A stretch of DNA of 64,000 nucleotides from Gammaproteobacteria bacterium. GTDB taxonomy: Bacteria > Pseudomonadota > Gammaproteobacteria > Ga0077536. The notes below the pieces were generated by a model. It had not been told where the DNA came from. It did no database searches and saw only the letters and a list, made by a program, of their open reading frames with translations. Both the position numbers and the translations under genes were made by a program. The stretch is from contig JACQWY010000037.1 in assembly GCA_016209015.1 (NCBI GenBank), positions 19,770 through 83,769 of the forward strand. The letters are read 5' to 3'. Positions 1 to 8,240 of this stretch are shown piece by piece (the stretch's first letter is position 1; every line of letters begins with the position of its first letter).

Positions 1-2
1 CC

Positions 3-584
3 GCGAGCGGCGGCGGGGCGACCGCGCGGCACGACGGCCTGCCGCACATGTTCGGCGCGTGCATCATGGGCAACATGGGCTACGAGTCGATCGAGCTCGT
101 GGAGCTCGCGCGGCCGCTGCTGGTGTGGGAAACGGCGGCGGTGACGGATTCCGGCGGCGCCGGACGGCAGCGCGGCGCAGTCGGTGTCCGCCAGCGGATC
201 CAGCCGGTCGGGCACACGATGCACTTGAGCTTCTGCGGCTCGGGACACACCTGCGCGGCCTTCGGTCTCGCGGGCGGCAGCGCCGGGGCCGGCGCGGATC
301 ACTGGGTCGTCGCACCGGACTCCGGCCGCGAGTTGAGGCATCTGCCGAACGCGGGCGAAGCGGACATCGCGCCGGAGGAAGCCTGGGTCGCGAGCACCGG
401 CGGCGGCGGGGGTCTCGGCGATCCGCGCACACGCCCCGCGAATGTCGTCCTCGAAGACGTGCGCGACGGCTTCGTGAGCCGCGTCGCGGCGCGTGAGGTC
501 TACGGCGTCGTCCTCGTCGAACGCGAGGGCCGGCTCGAGATCGATGCGGCGGCGACGCACGCGCTGCGCGGGCGCACGTCATGA
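3..584 (+). CDS. Hydantoinase B/oxoprolinase-family subunit, C-terminal part (5' end outside window)
   Basis: DSGGAGRQRG, TGGGGGLGDP, VLEDVRDGFVS and AREVYGV motifs typical of the HyuB/OplB C-terminus; overlaps next gene at ATGA. Confidence 0.88.
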   Translation, partial: ASGGGATARHDGLPHMFGACIMGNMGYESIELVELARPLLVWETAAVTDSGGAGRQRGAVGVRQRIQPVGHTMHLSFCGSGHTCAAFGLAGGSAGAGADHWVVAPDSGRELRHLPNAGEADIAPEEAWVASTGGGGGLGDPRTRPANVVLEDVRDGFVSRVAAREVYGVVLVEREGRLEIDAAATHALRGRTS

Positions 585-2647
585 GCTTTCGCATCGGCAC
601 CGACATCGGCGGCACGTTCACCGATCTCACGCTGTCCCGCGACGGCGTGCTGTGCGGGCGCTTCAAGTCGCCGACGACCCCGCGCAAGCTCTCGCTCGGC
701 GTGCTCGACTGCGTCGCGCTCGCCGCGGAATCGCTCGGCCTGTCGACGCAGACGCTGCTCGGCGCGACCGGCATCTTCGTGCACGGCTCGACGGTCGCGA
801 CGAATGCGGTGCTCGAAGGCAAGGTGGCGAAGACCGGCGTGCTCTGCACGGCCGGCACGAAGTACACCCTGTGGCGCGGCGAAGGACGCCGCAAAGCGAT
901 TTTCGATTTCACCGCGCCGCCGCGCACCCCGCTCGTGCGGCCGAGCCTCTGTCTCGAGCTCGACGAGCGGATCACGCGCGACGGCACGGTGCTCCGCCCG
1001 CTCCGCGATGCCGAGGTCGAAGCGGCGCTCGCGGAGCTGCGCGCGCTCGGCTGCAGCGCGGTCGCGGTCTGCCTGCTGTGGTCCGTGCGCAATCCCGCAC
1101 ACGAGCGCCGCATCGCCGAGATCGCGGCCAGGGCATGGCCGGAAGCGACGCTGAGTCTGAGCAGCGAAGTGCAGCCGGTCGTGCGCGAGTACACGCGGAT
1201 GTCGTGCACCACGCTCAACGCGATGCTGAAGCCCGGCGTCGCGCGCTATCTGCAGGATCTCGAAGGCGAGCTGCGCGCCCACGGGCTGCGGGGCGAGGTG
1301 CTCGTCGTGGCGTCCGACGGCGGCGTGCAGCCCATCGCCGAAGTCGCCGAGCGCCCCGTGTACATGCTGTTCTCGGGACCGGCCACCGGCCCCTCGGCCG
1401 CGCGCCACTTCGCCGCGAAGGAGGGTCACGAGAGCTGCCTGCTGATCGACATGGGCGGGACGAGCTTCGACGTGAGCACGGTCATCGACGGTCAGATCGG
1501 CATGACCGTCGACGGCCGCATCGACAATCATCCGACCGGCGTCTCGGCAGTGCAGATCCTCACGCTCGGCGCCGGCGGCGGCAGCATCGCGCGCGTCGAC
1601 GAGGGCGGGCTGCTGCGTGTCGGGCCGGACAGCGCAGGCGCGGAGCCGGGCCCCGTCTGCTACGGGCGCGGCGGATCCGAACCGACCGTGACGGACGCGT
1701 ATCTCGCGCTCGGCTGGCTCATGCCCGAGCGCTTTCTCGGCGGGCGCATGCAGCTCGGCCGCGAAGCGGCCCGACGCGCCATCGCCGAGCGCATCGCCGC
1801 GCCGCTCGGCATCACGACGGAAGAGGCCGCGCTCGGCATCTGCCGCGTGGTGAACGAGCGCATGGTGAACGGCATCCTCGAGATGACGGTGCGCAAGGGC
1901 ATCGATCCGCGCCAGCTCGTGCTCGTCACGGGCGGCGGCGCGACCGGCATCGCCGCCATGGAGCTCGCGCGCGAGCTCGGCATGCCGAAGGCGATCGTCC
2001 CGGCGGAGACGTCCGTCCTCTGCGCGTTCGGCGCGATGAACGCGGATCTCTCGTGGTCCTGCGTGTCGAGTTATCCGACCTCGACGCGCGCCTTCGCCTT
2101 CGACGCCGTGAACGCCGAGCTCGCGGGACTGCTGGCGCGCGGCGCGGCCTTCCTCGACAGGCTCGCGGTGCCGGCGGAGGAGCGGCGTCAGGAGGTATTC
2201 GCCGCGGCACGCTATCCGATGCAGGTCACGGAGCTCGTCGTCGCGTGCCCGCAACCACCGTTCGACGCCGCCGACGTCGCGGCGCTCGGCACGGAGTTCC
2301 ATCGCCAGTATCGCGCGCGCTACGCAGTCTCCGAGCCCGGCAGCGAGGTGGAGCTCGTGATGTGGTACGCGACGGCGCGCGGTCTCACGGCAGCGGCGCG
2401 TCCCGCGCCCGACACGTCTGCGACGCGAGCCCTTACTAGTGCGCGCCTCGGCACGACGCCGCTCTACGATGCAGCGGCCGCCGCCTACCGCGAGGCGCTG
2501 CTGCTCGATCCCGCATACCTGCCCTACGACACGGCAGTACCCGGACCGGCATTGATCGTCGCGCCGGACACGACGGTCGTGGTGCCCGGCGACGCCAGCG
2601 TCACGGCGCGCCGCGGGGGCTATCTCGTCATCGAATTCAACGGCTGA
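581..2647 (+). CDS. Hydantoinase A/oxoprolinase-family ATP-dependent subunit
   Basis: GTDIGGTFTD, HGSTVATNA, DMGGTSFDV, GAGGGSIA, SAGAEPGPVCYGRGG and PTVTDA motifs. Confidence 0.93.
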   Translation: MSFRIGTDIGGTFTDLTLSRDGVLCGRFKSPTTPRKLSLGVLDCVALAAESLGLSTQTLLGATGIFVHGSTVATNAVLEGKVAKTGVLCTAGTKYTLWRGEGRRKAIFDFTAPPRTPLVRPSLCLELDERITRDGTVLRPLRDAEVEAALAELRALGCSAVAVCLLWSVRNPAHERRIAEIAARAWPEATLSLSSEVQPVVREYTRMSCTTLNAMLKPGVARYLQDLEGELRAHGLRGEVLVVASDGGVQPIAEVAERPVYMLFSGPATGPSAARHFAAKEGHESCLLIDMGGTSFDVSTVIDGQIGMTVDGRIDNHPTGVSAVQILTLGAGGGSIARVDEGGLLRVGPDSAGAEPGPVCYGRGGSEPTVTDAYLALGWLMPERFLGGRMQLGREAARRAIAERIAAPLGITTEEAALGICRVVNERMVNGILEMTVRKGIDPRQLVLVTGGGATGIAAMELARELGMPKAIVPAETSVLCAFGAMNADLSWSCVSSYPTSTRAFAFDAVNAELAGLLARGAAFLDRLAVPAEERRQEVFAAARYPMQVTELVVACPQPPFDAADVAALGTEFHRQYRARYAVSEPGSEVELVMWYATARGLTAAARPAPDTSATRALTSARLGTTPLYDAAAAAYREALLLDPAYLPYDTAVPGPALIVAPDTTVVVPGDASVTARRGGYLVIEFNG

Positions 2648-2661
2648 GCAAGGGGGAGCAC

Positions 2662-3837
2662 ATGAGAATCGGGATCGTCGGCGCCGGGGCGATGGGCGCG
2701 TTCGTCGCCAGGGAAATCGTGCGCAGTGCGCCCGGCACGGAGCTCGCGATCGTGGATGCCGACGGCGAACGTGCCGCGCGGCTCGCCGCGCTCTGCGCGC
2801 AGCCCACGAGCGCGGTGCAGGTCTGCGACGCCGCGGACGTCGGCGCCCTGGCGGGCGCTTTGCGCGGCTGCGCCGTGGTCGCGAATGCCGCGCAGTACGA
2901 GATCAATCTCGAAGTCATGCAGGCCGCGCTGCGCGCCGGTGCGCACTACCTCGACCTCGGCGGCATGTTCCACATGACACGGCGCCAGCTCGCGCTCGCG
3001 CCCGAGTTCGAACGCGCCGGCCTCACGGCCATACTCGGGATCGGCGCTGCGCCCGGTCTCAGCAACGTGCTCGCGCGGCATGCCTGCCAGGCGCTCGAGC
3101 GCGTCGAATCGATCGCCGCGAGCTTCGCCGCCGCGGCGCCCGACGCGCCGCCGACCGAAGTCTTCGCGCCGCCCTATTCGATCCGCACCATCATGCAGGA
3201 ATTCTGCGAGGACTCGATGCAGTTCCTGGAGGGTGAAATCACCGCGCAGCCGCCGCTCGCGGGTCGGCGCACGATCGAATTTCCCGCGCCGATCGGGGCC
3301 GTGGACTGCGTCTACACACTCCATTCGGAGCCGGCCACGCTGCCGCTCACGTTCCGCGACAAGGGCGTGCGCGAAGTGACCTGGCGTCTCGGTCTGCCGC
3401 CGGCGCTCGAAGCGCAGATCGCGGCGTTCGCCGCCGCCGGCCTCGGCCGCAGCCGCCCGCTCGCCGTCGCCGGAACCGCGATCGCTCCCGTCGAATTCCT
3501 GGCCGCCTGCATCGACGACAATGCCCGCGGCCAGCGTCGCGACGGCGTCCGTTTCTCGGAGTTCGGCTGCGTGCGCGTCGAAGCGCGGGGCGTGATCGGC
3601 GAACGGGCCACCGAGGTCGCGATCGACTGCCTGTACCGCGACGAAGGCGCACCGCCCGAAGTCGCCGGCGTCATGACCGGCACGCCCGCGGCGATCGCGG
3701 CGCTGATGCTCGCGCGCGGCGAAGCGACGCGCCCCGGCGCTCACGGCGCCGAGGCGGTCGTCCCGAGCGAGTCGATGATCCGCGAGCTCAGGCAGCGCGC
3801 CTTCAGCATCGTGCGCACGGTGCGCACGGCGCTGTGA
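2662..3837 (+). CDS. Saccharopine dehydrogenase-like NAD(P)-dependent oxidoreductase
   Basis: N-terminal GAGAMG Rossmann motif, HYLDLGG, GIGAAPGLSN, HSEPATLP; GGGGAG RBS. Confidence 0.85.
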   Translation: MRIGIVGAGAMGAFVAREIVRSAPGTELAIVDADGERAARLAALCAQPTSAVQVCDAADVGALAGALRGCAVVANAAQYEINLEVMQAALRAGAHYLDLGGMFHMTRRQLALAPEFERAGLTAILGIGAAPGLSNVLARHACQALERVESIAASFAAAAPDAPPTEVFAPPYSIRTIMQEFCEDSMQFLEGEITAQPPLAGRRTIEFPAPIGAVDCVYTLHSEPATLPLTFRDKGVREVTWRLGLPPALEAQIAAFAAAGLGRSRPLAVAGTAIAPVEFLAACIDDNARGQRRDGVRFSEFGCVRVEARGVIGERATEVAIDCLYRDEGAPPEVAGVMTGTPAAIAALMLARGEATRPGAHGAEAVVPSESMIRELRQRAFSIVRTVRTAL

Positions 3838-3842
3838 GCGGC

Positions 3843-4470
3843 GGAGCTGATGCCGACGTTCGCGGCGAGCTGTGCGAGGTCTGCTTGGGGCCTGGAAGCG
3901 GCATGCTCACGCGGATCTCGTAGGTTGCCGTGAAAGAGGTGCTGCCTCTGGAGCCGGAGATCCATCAGAGCCGTCGTCCCGGCGAAGGGACCCTCCCGGC
4001 GGAGGCCGGGACCGGGACCCAGTCGGTCACCCTCGGCACCGCGAGCGAACGCCGGGGATTTCCAGAGCGTGTCCGGTCATCGCAACACCCCGAGGTTCCA
4101 CCACGACGAGGCTGTGGTGCGCTCGCCTCTTTCATCACTCCGGGCGACGGCATGTATTCATGACCGATGGGCTGACGAAGGAAGCCCAACAACAGGCGCA
4201 CGAAGAACACCGGCTTGAAAGAAGTAACGCCGTCTCTGGCTACCGATGCATCGCCGCGTCAGTGAACCTGAAACGTTGGGCTTCCTTCGTCAACCCAACC
4301 TGCGCTTGCTAAGGAGGCGCATCGAACGCGGAGGCTCAAGGCCAGTGTTCGAAAGTCCGTTATCGGAGCCGATGCCGACGTTCGCGGCGAGCAGCGCGAT
4401 GTCTGGTTGCGGCCAGGAAGCGACTTCGTATGCGGATTTTGTAGGTTGGGCTGACGAAGGAAGCCCAACG
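3843..4470. repeat. REP cluster (family 1, GTAGGTTGGGCTGACGAAGGAAGCCCAAC) with a duplicated ~80-bp leader
   Basis: Intact REP at 4441-4469, inverted REP at 4275-4303, split REP at 3920-3927 plus 4168-4190; 3843-3927 and 4365-4448 are imperfect direct repeats. Confidence 0.88.
3928..4167. mobile_element. Non-autonomous 240-bp element (MITE-like) inserted into a REP
   Basis: Separates GTAGGTTG from TGGGCTGACGAAGGAAGCCCAAC with TG repeated at both junctions; second copy at 53381-53545. Confidence 0.75.
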
Positions 4471-4472
4471 CG

Positions 4473-5000
4473 TCACTCACCGTAACTCGGCAGATCTCTG
4501 GCCGCATCGACGCACCAATCGTCTGGAAGCACCCCGCGCGCAACGTACCGATGAAACGTGGAGTAGGGCCACTCGCTGGGTCGTTGGGAGTAGCCATGCT
4601 TGACGGGATTAAAATGGATGTAGTCCACGTGCCGTTCAAGATCGGCATCGTCCCGAATTTGGTGCTCCCAATAGCGCCTCTGCCAAACGCCGCGCTCGCG
4701 CTTGGCGTTGCGCGAATCGGCAATCGGCTCGCCGCTCGCGAGCGCGCGGGAGAAGCAGGATTTGATTAACGACCATCGAACGGGATAGTCCGCGTCATCC
4801 GGCGGGAGCCTCCAAACGGAATGTAGATGATCCGGTAGAACTACCAAGGCAACGATGTCGAAGGGATGATTGGCTTTAACCTTGCGTACCGCTTCGCGCA
4901 AGTTGCCAATGTGGCGAATGAGCGTATCTAGTCGCCGGTCGGCGAGGTTCACGGTGAAGAAGTAAGTCCCGCCCGGGAATACCGAACGTCGATAACGCAT
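4473..5000 (-). mobile_element. REP-associated tyrosine transposase (RAYT/TnpA-REP, IS200/IS605 superfamily HUH Y1)
   Basis: GGTYFFTVNL, LPDHLH (HUH), WQRRYWEHQIRD, YIHFNPVKHG, WPYSTF; flanked by inverted GTAG-REPs. Confidence 0.95.
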
Positions 5001-5070
5001 GCAACGGTCCTTGTGATTTTCGCGTTGGGCTTCCTGCACCAACGAACTAACTTCGCGACACGCCCCGAGA

Positions 5071-5099
5071 GTTGGGCTTCCTTCGTCAGCCCAACCTAC
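5071..5099 (-). repeat. REP family 1, inverted copy upstream of RAYT
   Basis: GTTGGGCTTCCTTCGTCAGCCCAACCTAC is the exact reverse complement of 4441-4469. Confidence 0.92.
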
Positions 5100-5429
5100 G
5101 CTTGCTGAGACCGGGCGAATCACGATGCTTTCCTATGGCGCCAAAGTTTTAAAGAGTCTTCCGTATTGACCAAGCTGCACCCAGGCGCGCTCCTAAATGA
5201 CGAAATGAGTTTCCGGCACTTAGGACGAAATATTCAACGGTCCGCCCCGCAATGTCTCTGTCTCTTGTGGGTCGAAACCGACCTTTTCAAGACTGGCATC
5301 ATAGGTCCGTTTACCGGCCGCCTGCGAACCCAGAATACTCTTAATGCGGGCGTCGCCGCCGACCCTGCCGGTTCTCGATCACGAAGTTGCCGCGAAGACG
5401 ACTACCTTATGAGGCACCACGGCGCACGC

Positions 5430-6059
5430 TCAGGGCGCACCTCCCGACGTACGGCTGCCAGTCGCTTTCGAGCGAAGTGCATTCAGGTAGTCGACGATGT
5501 CCGAGCCGTAAACCCAGACCGGGTCCGCATAGGTCGGAATGCGCATTACAAGGCCGTGCGGTCGAATTGAAACCCCTGGCCCGGACGGTAGCTCGATGAA
5601 CTGCGACGGGATTTCGATCCAGTCTTCCCAGGATTGCGATGACATCAGCATCGCACCCGCAAATCCTTGCATGATTGAGTAAACGGTCCACTTCGAGTGG
5701 CACTTCTCGTACCTCTGGCGTTCAAGTGACCTGGAGATGGAATTGGTGGAAGCAAGTTCGCGGTATTCGCGTTCGGGCTTGGTAAGAAATAAGAGGTAGC
5801 GTCCTCCGAGTTCCAGACCGTCGATTCGCCCGAAATTTACCTCTGTTCCAGCGTCTCCCTTGAACGACTCTTCGATCTTTCCTTTGTATTGCCATCCGCA
5901 TTCGAGGTCCGTCGGATCGATTGGCTCACCGTTCATTACTTGTACAGAGACCACGAGGTCGGCTTGCTCGAATAACCGCTCCATGGGCACACGATCGAGC
6001 CTTGTTCCGTGCGCACAGGTGGCATATACCAGCAGCGCGACTAGGCACGTACGACGCAT
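5430..6059 (-). CDS. Hypothetical exported protein (209 aa)
   Basis: Signal-peptide-like N-terminus, AAGGAGAG RBS, lower GC than the core genes. Confidence 0.75.
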   Translation of the reverse strand: MRRTCLVALLVYATCAHGTRLDRVPMERLFEQADLVVSVQVMNGEPIDPTDLECGWQYKGKIEESFKGDAGTEVNFGRIDGLELGGRYLLFLTKPEREYRELASTNSISRSLERQRYEKCHSKWTVYSIMQGFAGAMLMSSQSWEDWIEIPSQFIELPSGPGVSIRPHGLVMRIPTYADPVWVYGSDIVDYLNALRSKATGSRTSGGAP

Positions 6060-6212
6060 GTCGGCTCTCCTTCTCCGAAAGCGACGCTCGTCGCAACGGG
6101 GGAAATATCAATAAACGTCTCTTGTGGGTCGAGAACGGTATTCCCCGCCAAAGTGTAGGTGGTGCATCGGCCGCATAGCTGCCGTCGGAACCGGCGAAGA
6201 ATTTAACCCGAC

Positions 6213-6596
6213 TCAGATCTCAGATGCCCAAGGAAGCTTGTGGCGGCGGTATACGGCTTGAGTAGGTGGGAACTGGCCGGGATCGTCGAGGCTTCCGATT
6301 GTCACATCGATCCTCCCAGGCTGCATACTTCCAACCCACGAAATCGACGTTCCGCAGGTGCCACAGAAGGATCGCGTGACCCCTGGTGAGGAGACATAGC
6401 AAGCAAGCTCTCCGCGGGTAACGCGGAAATCTTCAATTGGAAGAAAAATCCAAGCGACAGACTGGGCGCCCGTGGCGCGGCGGCAATCGGGGCAATGACA
6501 TACCAGTGCCTTCTCGGGCGCTGCAAGAACCTCGTACCTGATGGCTCCGCACATACAACCGCCTGTTGTAGGAGGCTCAATTCTCCGCTCTGGCAT
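6213..6596 (-). CDS. GFA/CENP-V family Zn-binding protein
   Basis: GGCMCGAIRY, CHCPDCRRATG, RSFCGTCG, GSLDDP motifs. Confidence 0.92.
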   Translation of the reverse strand: MPERRIEPPTTGGCMCGAIRYEVLAAPEKALVCHCPDCRRATGAQSVAWIFLPIEDFRVTRGELACYVSSPGVTRSFCGTCGTSISWVGSMQPGRIDVTIGSLDDPGQFPPTQAVYRRHKLPWASEI

Positions 6597-7067
6597 GCAA
6601 TCTTGACCTCGATCCCAAACAGAGCCCAGAACGACCGCGAGACCCCCAACGCTTTGCACAGGCCGCCTTCGGGTCGAAAACGGTATTCCCTGTTGCAGTC
6701 TAGGCGGTCCGTTCTTCGGCGCATAGCTGCCATCCGACTCTTCCCCATGCACATGCCTGGACCTGATTTGTACGCGCAGTCTCGTAGGTCCGGTGACGAG
6801 CACGGAAGAGCCCAACGTCGTGCGCCGTCACCCGCTGCCGCCCACTTCGTCATTCCCGCGAACCAGGTTCTGCGTCAGCACGGGAGCGCTTTCACGACAC
6901 CTCATGACGCATGTCGTCCTTCGCTCGCCCGACGTTCACCTCTCCCCGAAAATCCACCCCTCCAGGCTCAGCGCCACCGAGTCGGCACCACGATCAGCGC
7001 CATCGGAATGCACGACTTCGCCGTGACTTCCATCAACGCGATGTGTTGTCGCCTTCGGATCGCGAGT

Positions 7068-7098
7068 GTCCGATTACGCCTGCGGCTGATCGGCCTAC
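7068..7098 (-). repeat. REP family 2 (GTAGG-CCGATCAGCCGCAGGCGTAATCGGAC)
   Basis: Near-identical to 48518-48549 and 48694-48724; GTAG head plus hairpin. Confidence 0.8.
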
Positions 7099-7370
7099 AT
7101 TCGACGCCTCGCTCCGTTACGAGTCATAGGATCCATTGACGAAGGAAATGCATCAGCCGACGCCGGGATACGGGCGATCGTGCGGCGAGAGCGGACCGGA
7201 ACAGTCAATGCCGAAATAGATCCCGATATCGCTCATGCCGCAGTGTCCGATGCGGAAAACGGGTGCGCGCGTATCGTGGCCGGAAGAGCAGGCAGCGGTG
7301 GGAATCATGCGGCGCGCCGGCGACGCCGAGCGCGCCGGGCGCGGGCGGGAGGCGGAGCGCGGGGGCCGGA

Positions 7371-7619
7371 TCAGAAACCCATTTCCTGGCGCATCTTGTC
7401 TTCCGCCGCCTTCAATTCCGCTTCCTTGCGCTTCGCGCGGCGCACACCGAGCGCATCGGCACGATCGAGAGACTTCGCGATCGCCGAGAATGCGGCATCC
7501 TGTTCCGGGCCTGCTTCCATCTGCGCGGCGGTCTCGAGATTGGACATGTACTCGGGACGCTTCTTCGCCGGCTGCTTCCAGATCCTGAGTTTCAATTCAT
7601 GAATGACTGTCTTGCTCAT
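7371..7619 (-). CDS. Small basic hypothetical protein (82 aa)
   Basis: MSKTVIHELKLRIWKQ... open frame with host-like codon use. Confidence 0.65.
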   Translation of the reverse strand: MSKTVIHELKLRIWKQPAKKRPEYMSNLETAAQMEAGPEQDAAFSAIAKSLDRADALGVRRAKRKEAELKAAEDKMRQEMGF

Positions 7620-7858
7620 GATGCTTCCAGATTGAATGAGTAAGGGCGCCGTTGCCGGCATTCGAATCAAGTGGGAGAACGCGAGGTCCGATTGGAAACC
7701 GCACGGTCGGTGCGGGTGGGGAACGGGATCTTGATTCGAAGTTTCGGCCCGGGCGGGCAACGAACTGCGCCACCCGGATCCGATTATCCGCTATTTGGCC
7801 CGAATTGGAGAGACCCTTCTGTCAGTCCCTTCGCATTTCGTACGCCGGGCGAATGCGC

Positions 7859-8185
7859 TCACGGATGCGGGCCCCAGGGCGCGGCATTCAGGAGCTTCAC
7901 TTCCTGCGCGACGAGCAGCGGCCGGATCTTCGGCGCGAACTCGCCGGTGAACTCGGCGTTGCCGTAGAGCGCCGCCCAGTGCGCGCGGCGATCCGCGTCG
8001 TCGTCGAACTTCCAGAGATGCACGAGCTGGTTGATCGTGCCGGTGTCTGCGACGAAGTAGCCGACGAGCTTCTTCGCTGCACCGCCGCGCTCCATGATCG
8101 GATAGCCCAGTTCCGAGTAGACCTTGACGACGTCGGCCATCTTGCCGACCTGAACGGTATAGGTGCGTAGCTCGTAGAGCGCCAT
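7859..8185 (-). CDS. NIPSNAP family protein
   Basis: YELRTYT, GYF, GTINQLVHLW, DRRAHWAAL; GGAGGAG RBS. Confidence 0.9.
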   Translation of the reverse strand: MALYELRTYTVQVGKMADVVKVYSELGYPIMERGGAAKKLVGYFVADTGTINQLVHLWKFDDDADRRAHWAALYGNAEFTGEFAPKIRPLLVAQEVKLLNAAPWGPHP

Positions 8186-8240
8186 GGGGATCTCCTCCGT
8201 TACGGCTTGGGTGGGCGAAGCGCCGCGGGTCGCGCGGGTT

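Larger units (their letters stand above)
5269..6734. repeat. Three copies of a ~62-bp intergenic unit (5269-5330, 6126-6186, 6671-6734)
   Basis: GGGTCGA(A/G)AACGGTATTCCC...TAGG(T/C)GGT...TCGGC(C)GCATAGCTGCC shared by copies 2 and 3; copy 1 is more divergent but shares GTCTCTTGTGGGTCGA with copy 2. Confidence 0.75.

Noticed and set aside
493-2439. Long Arg/Ala-rich alternative-frame and antisense ORFs here and throughout the window
   Set aside because: Expected by-product of high GC codon bias; they overlap well-supported genes
3930-4163. 77-aa ORF and its counterpart at 53385-53723
   Set aside because: These are translations of the repeated element and show no protein-family features
5001-5123. 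N-terminal extension of RAYT in the ORF track
   Set aside because: It reads through the REP; the family-typical start is MRYRR at 5000
5260-6734. Classical integron cassettes
   Set aside because: No RYYYAAC...GTTRRRY attC structure seen at the gene ends and no intI gene; kept as a non-attC finding
3843-6816. CRISPR array
   Set aside because: Repeats alternate in orientation with irregular spacing, begin with GTAG and flank a RAYT; no cas genes are present
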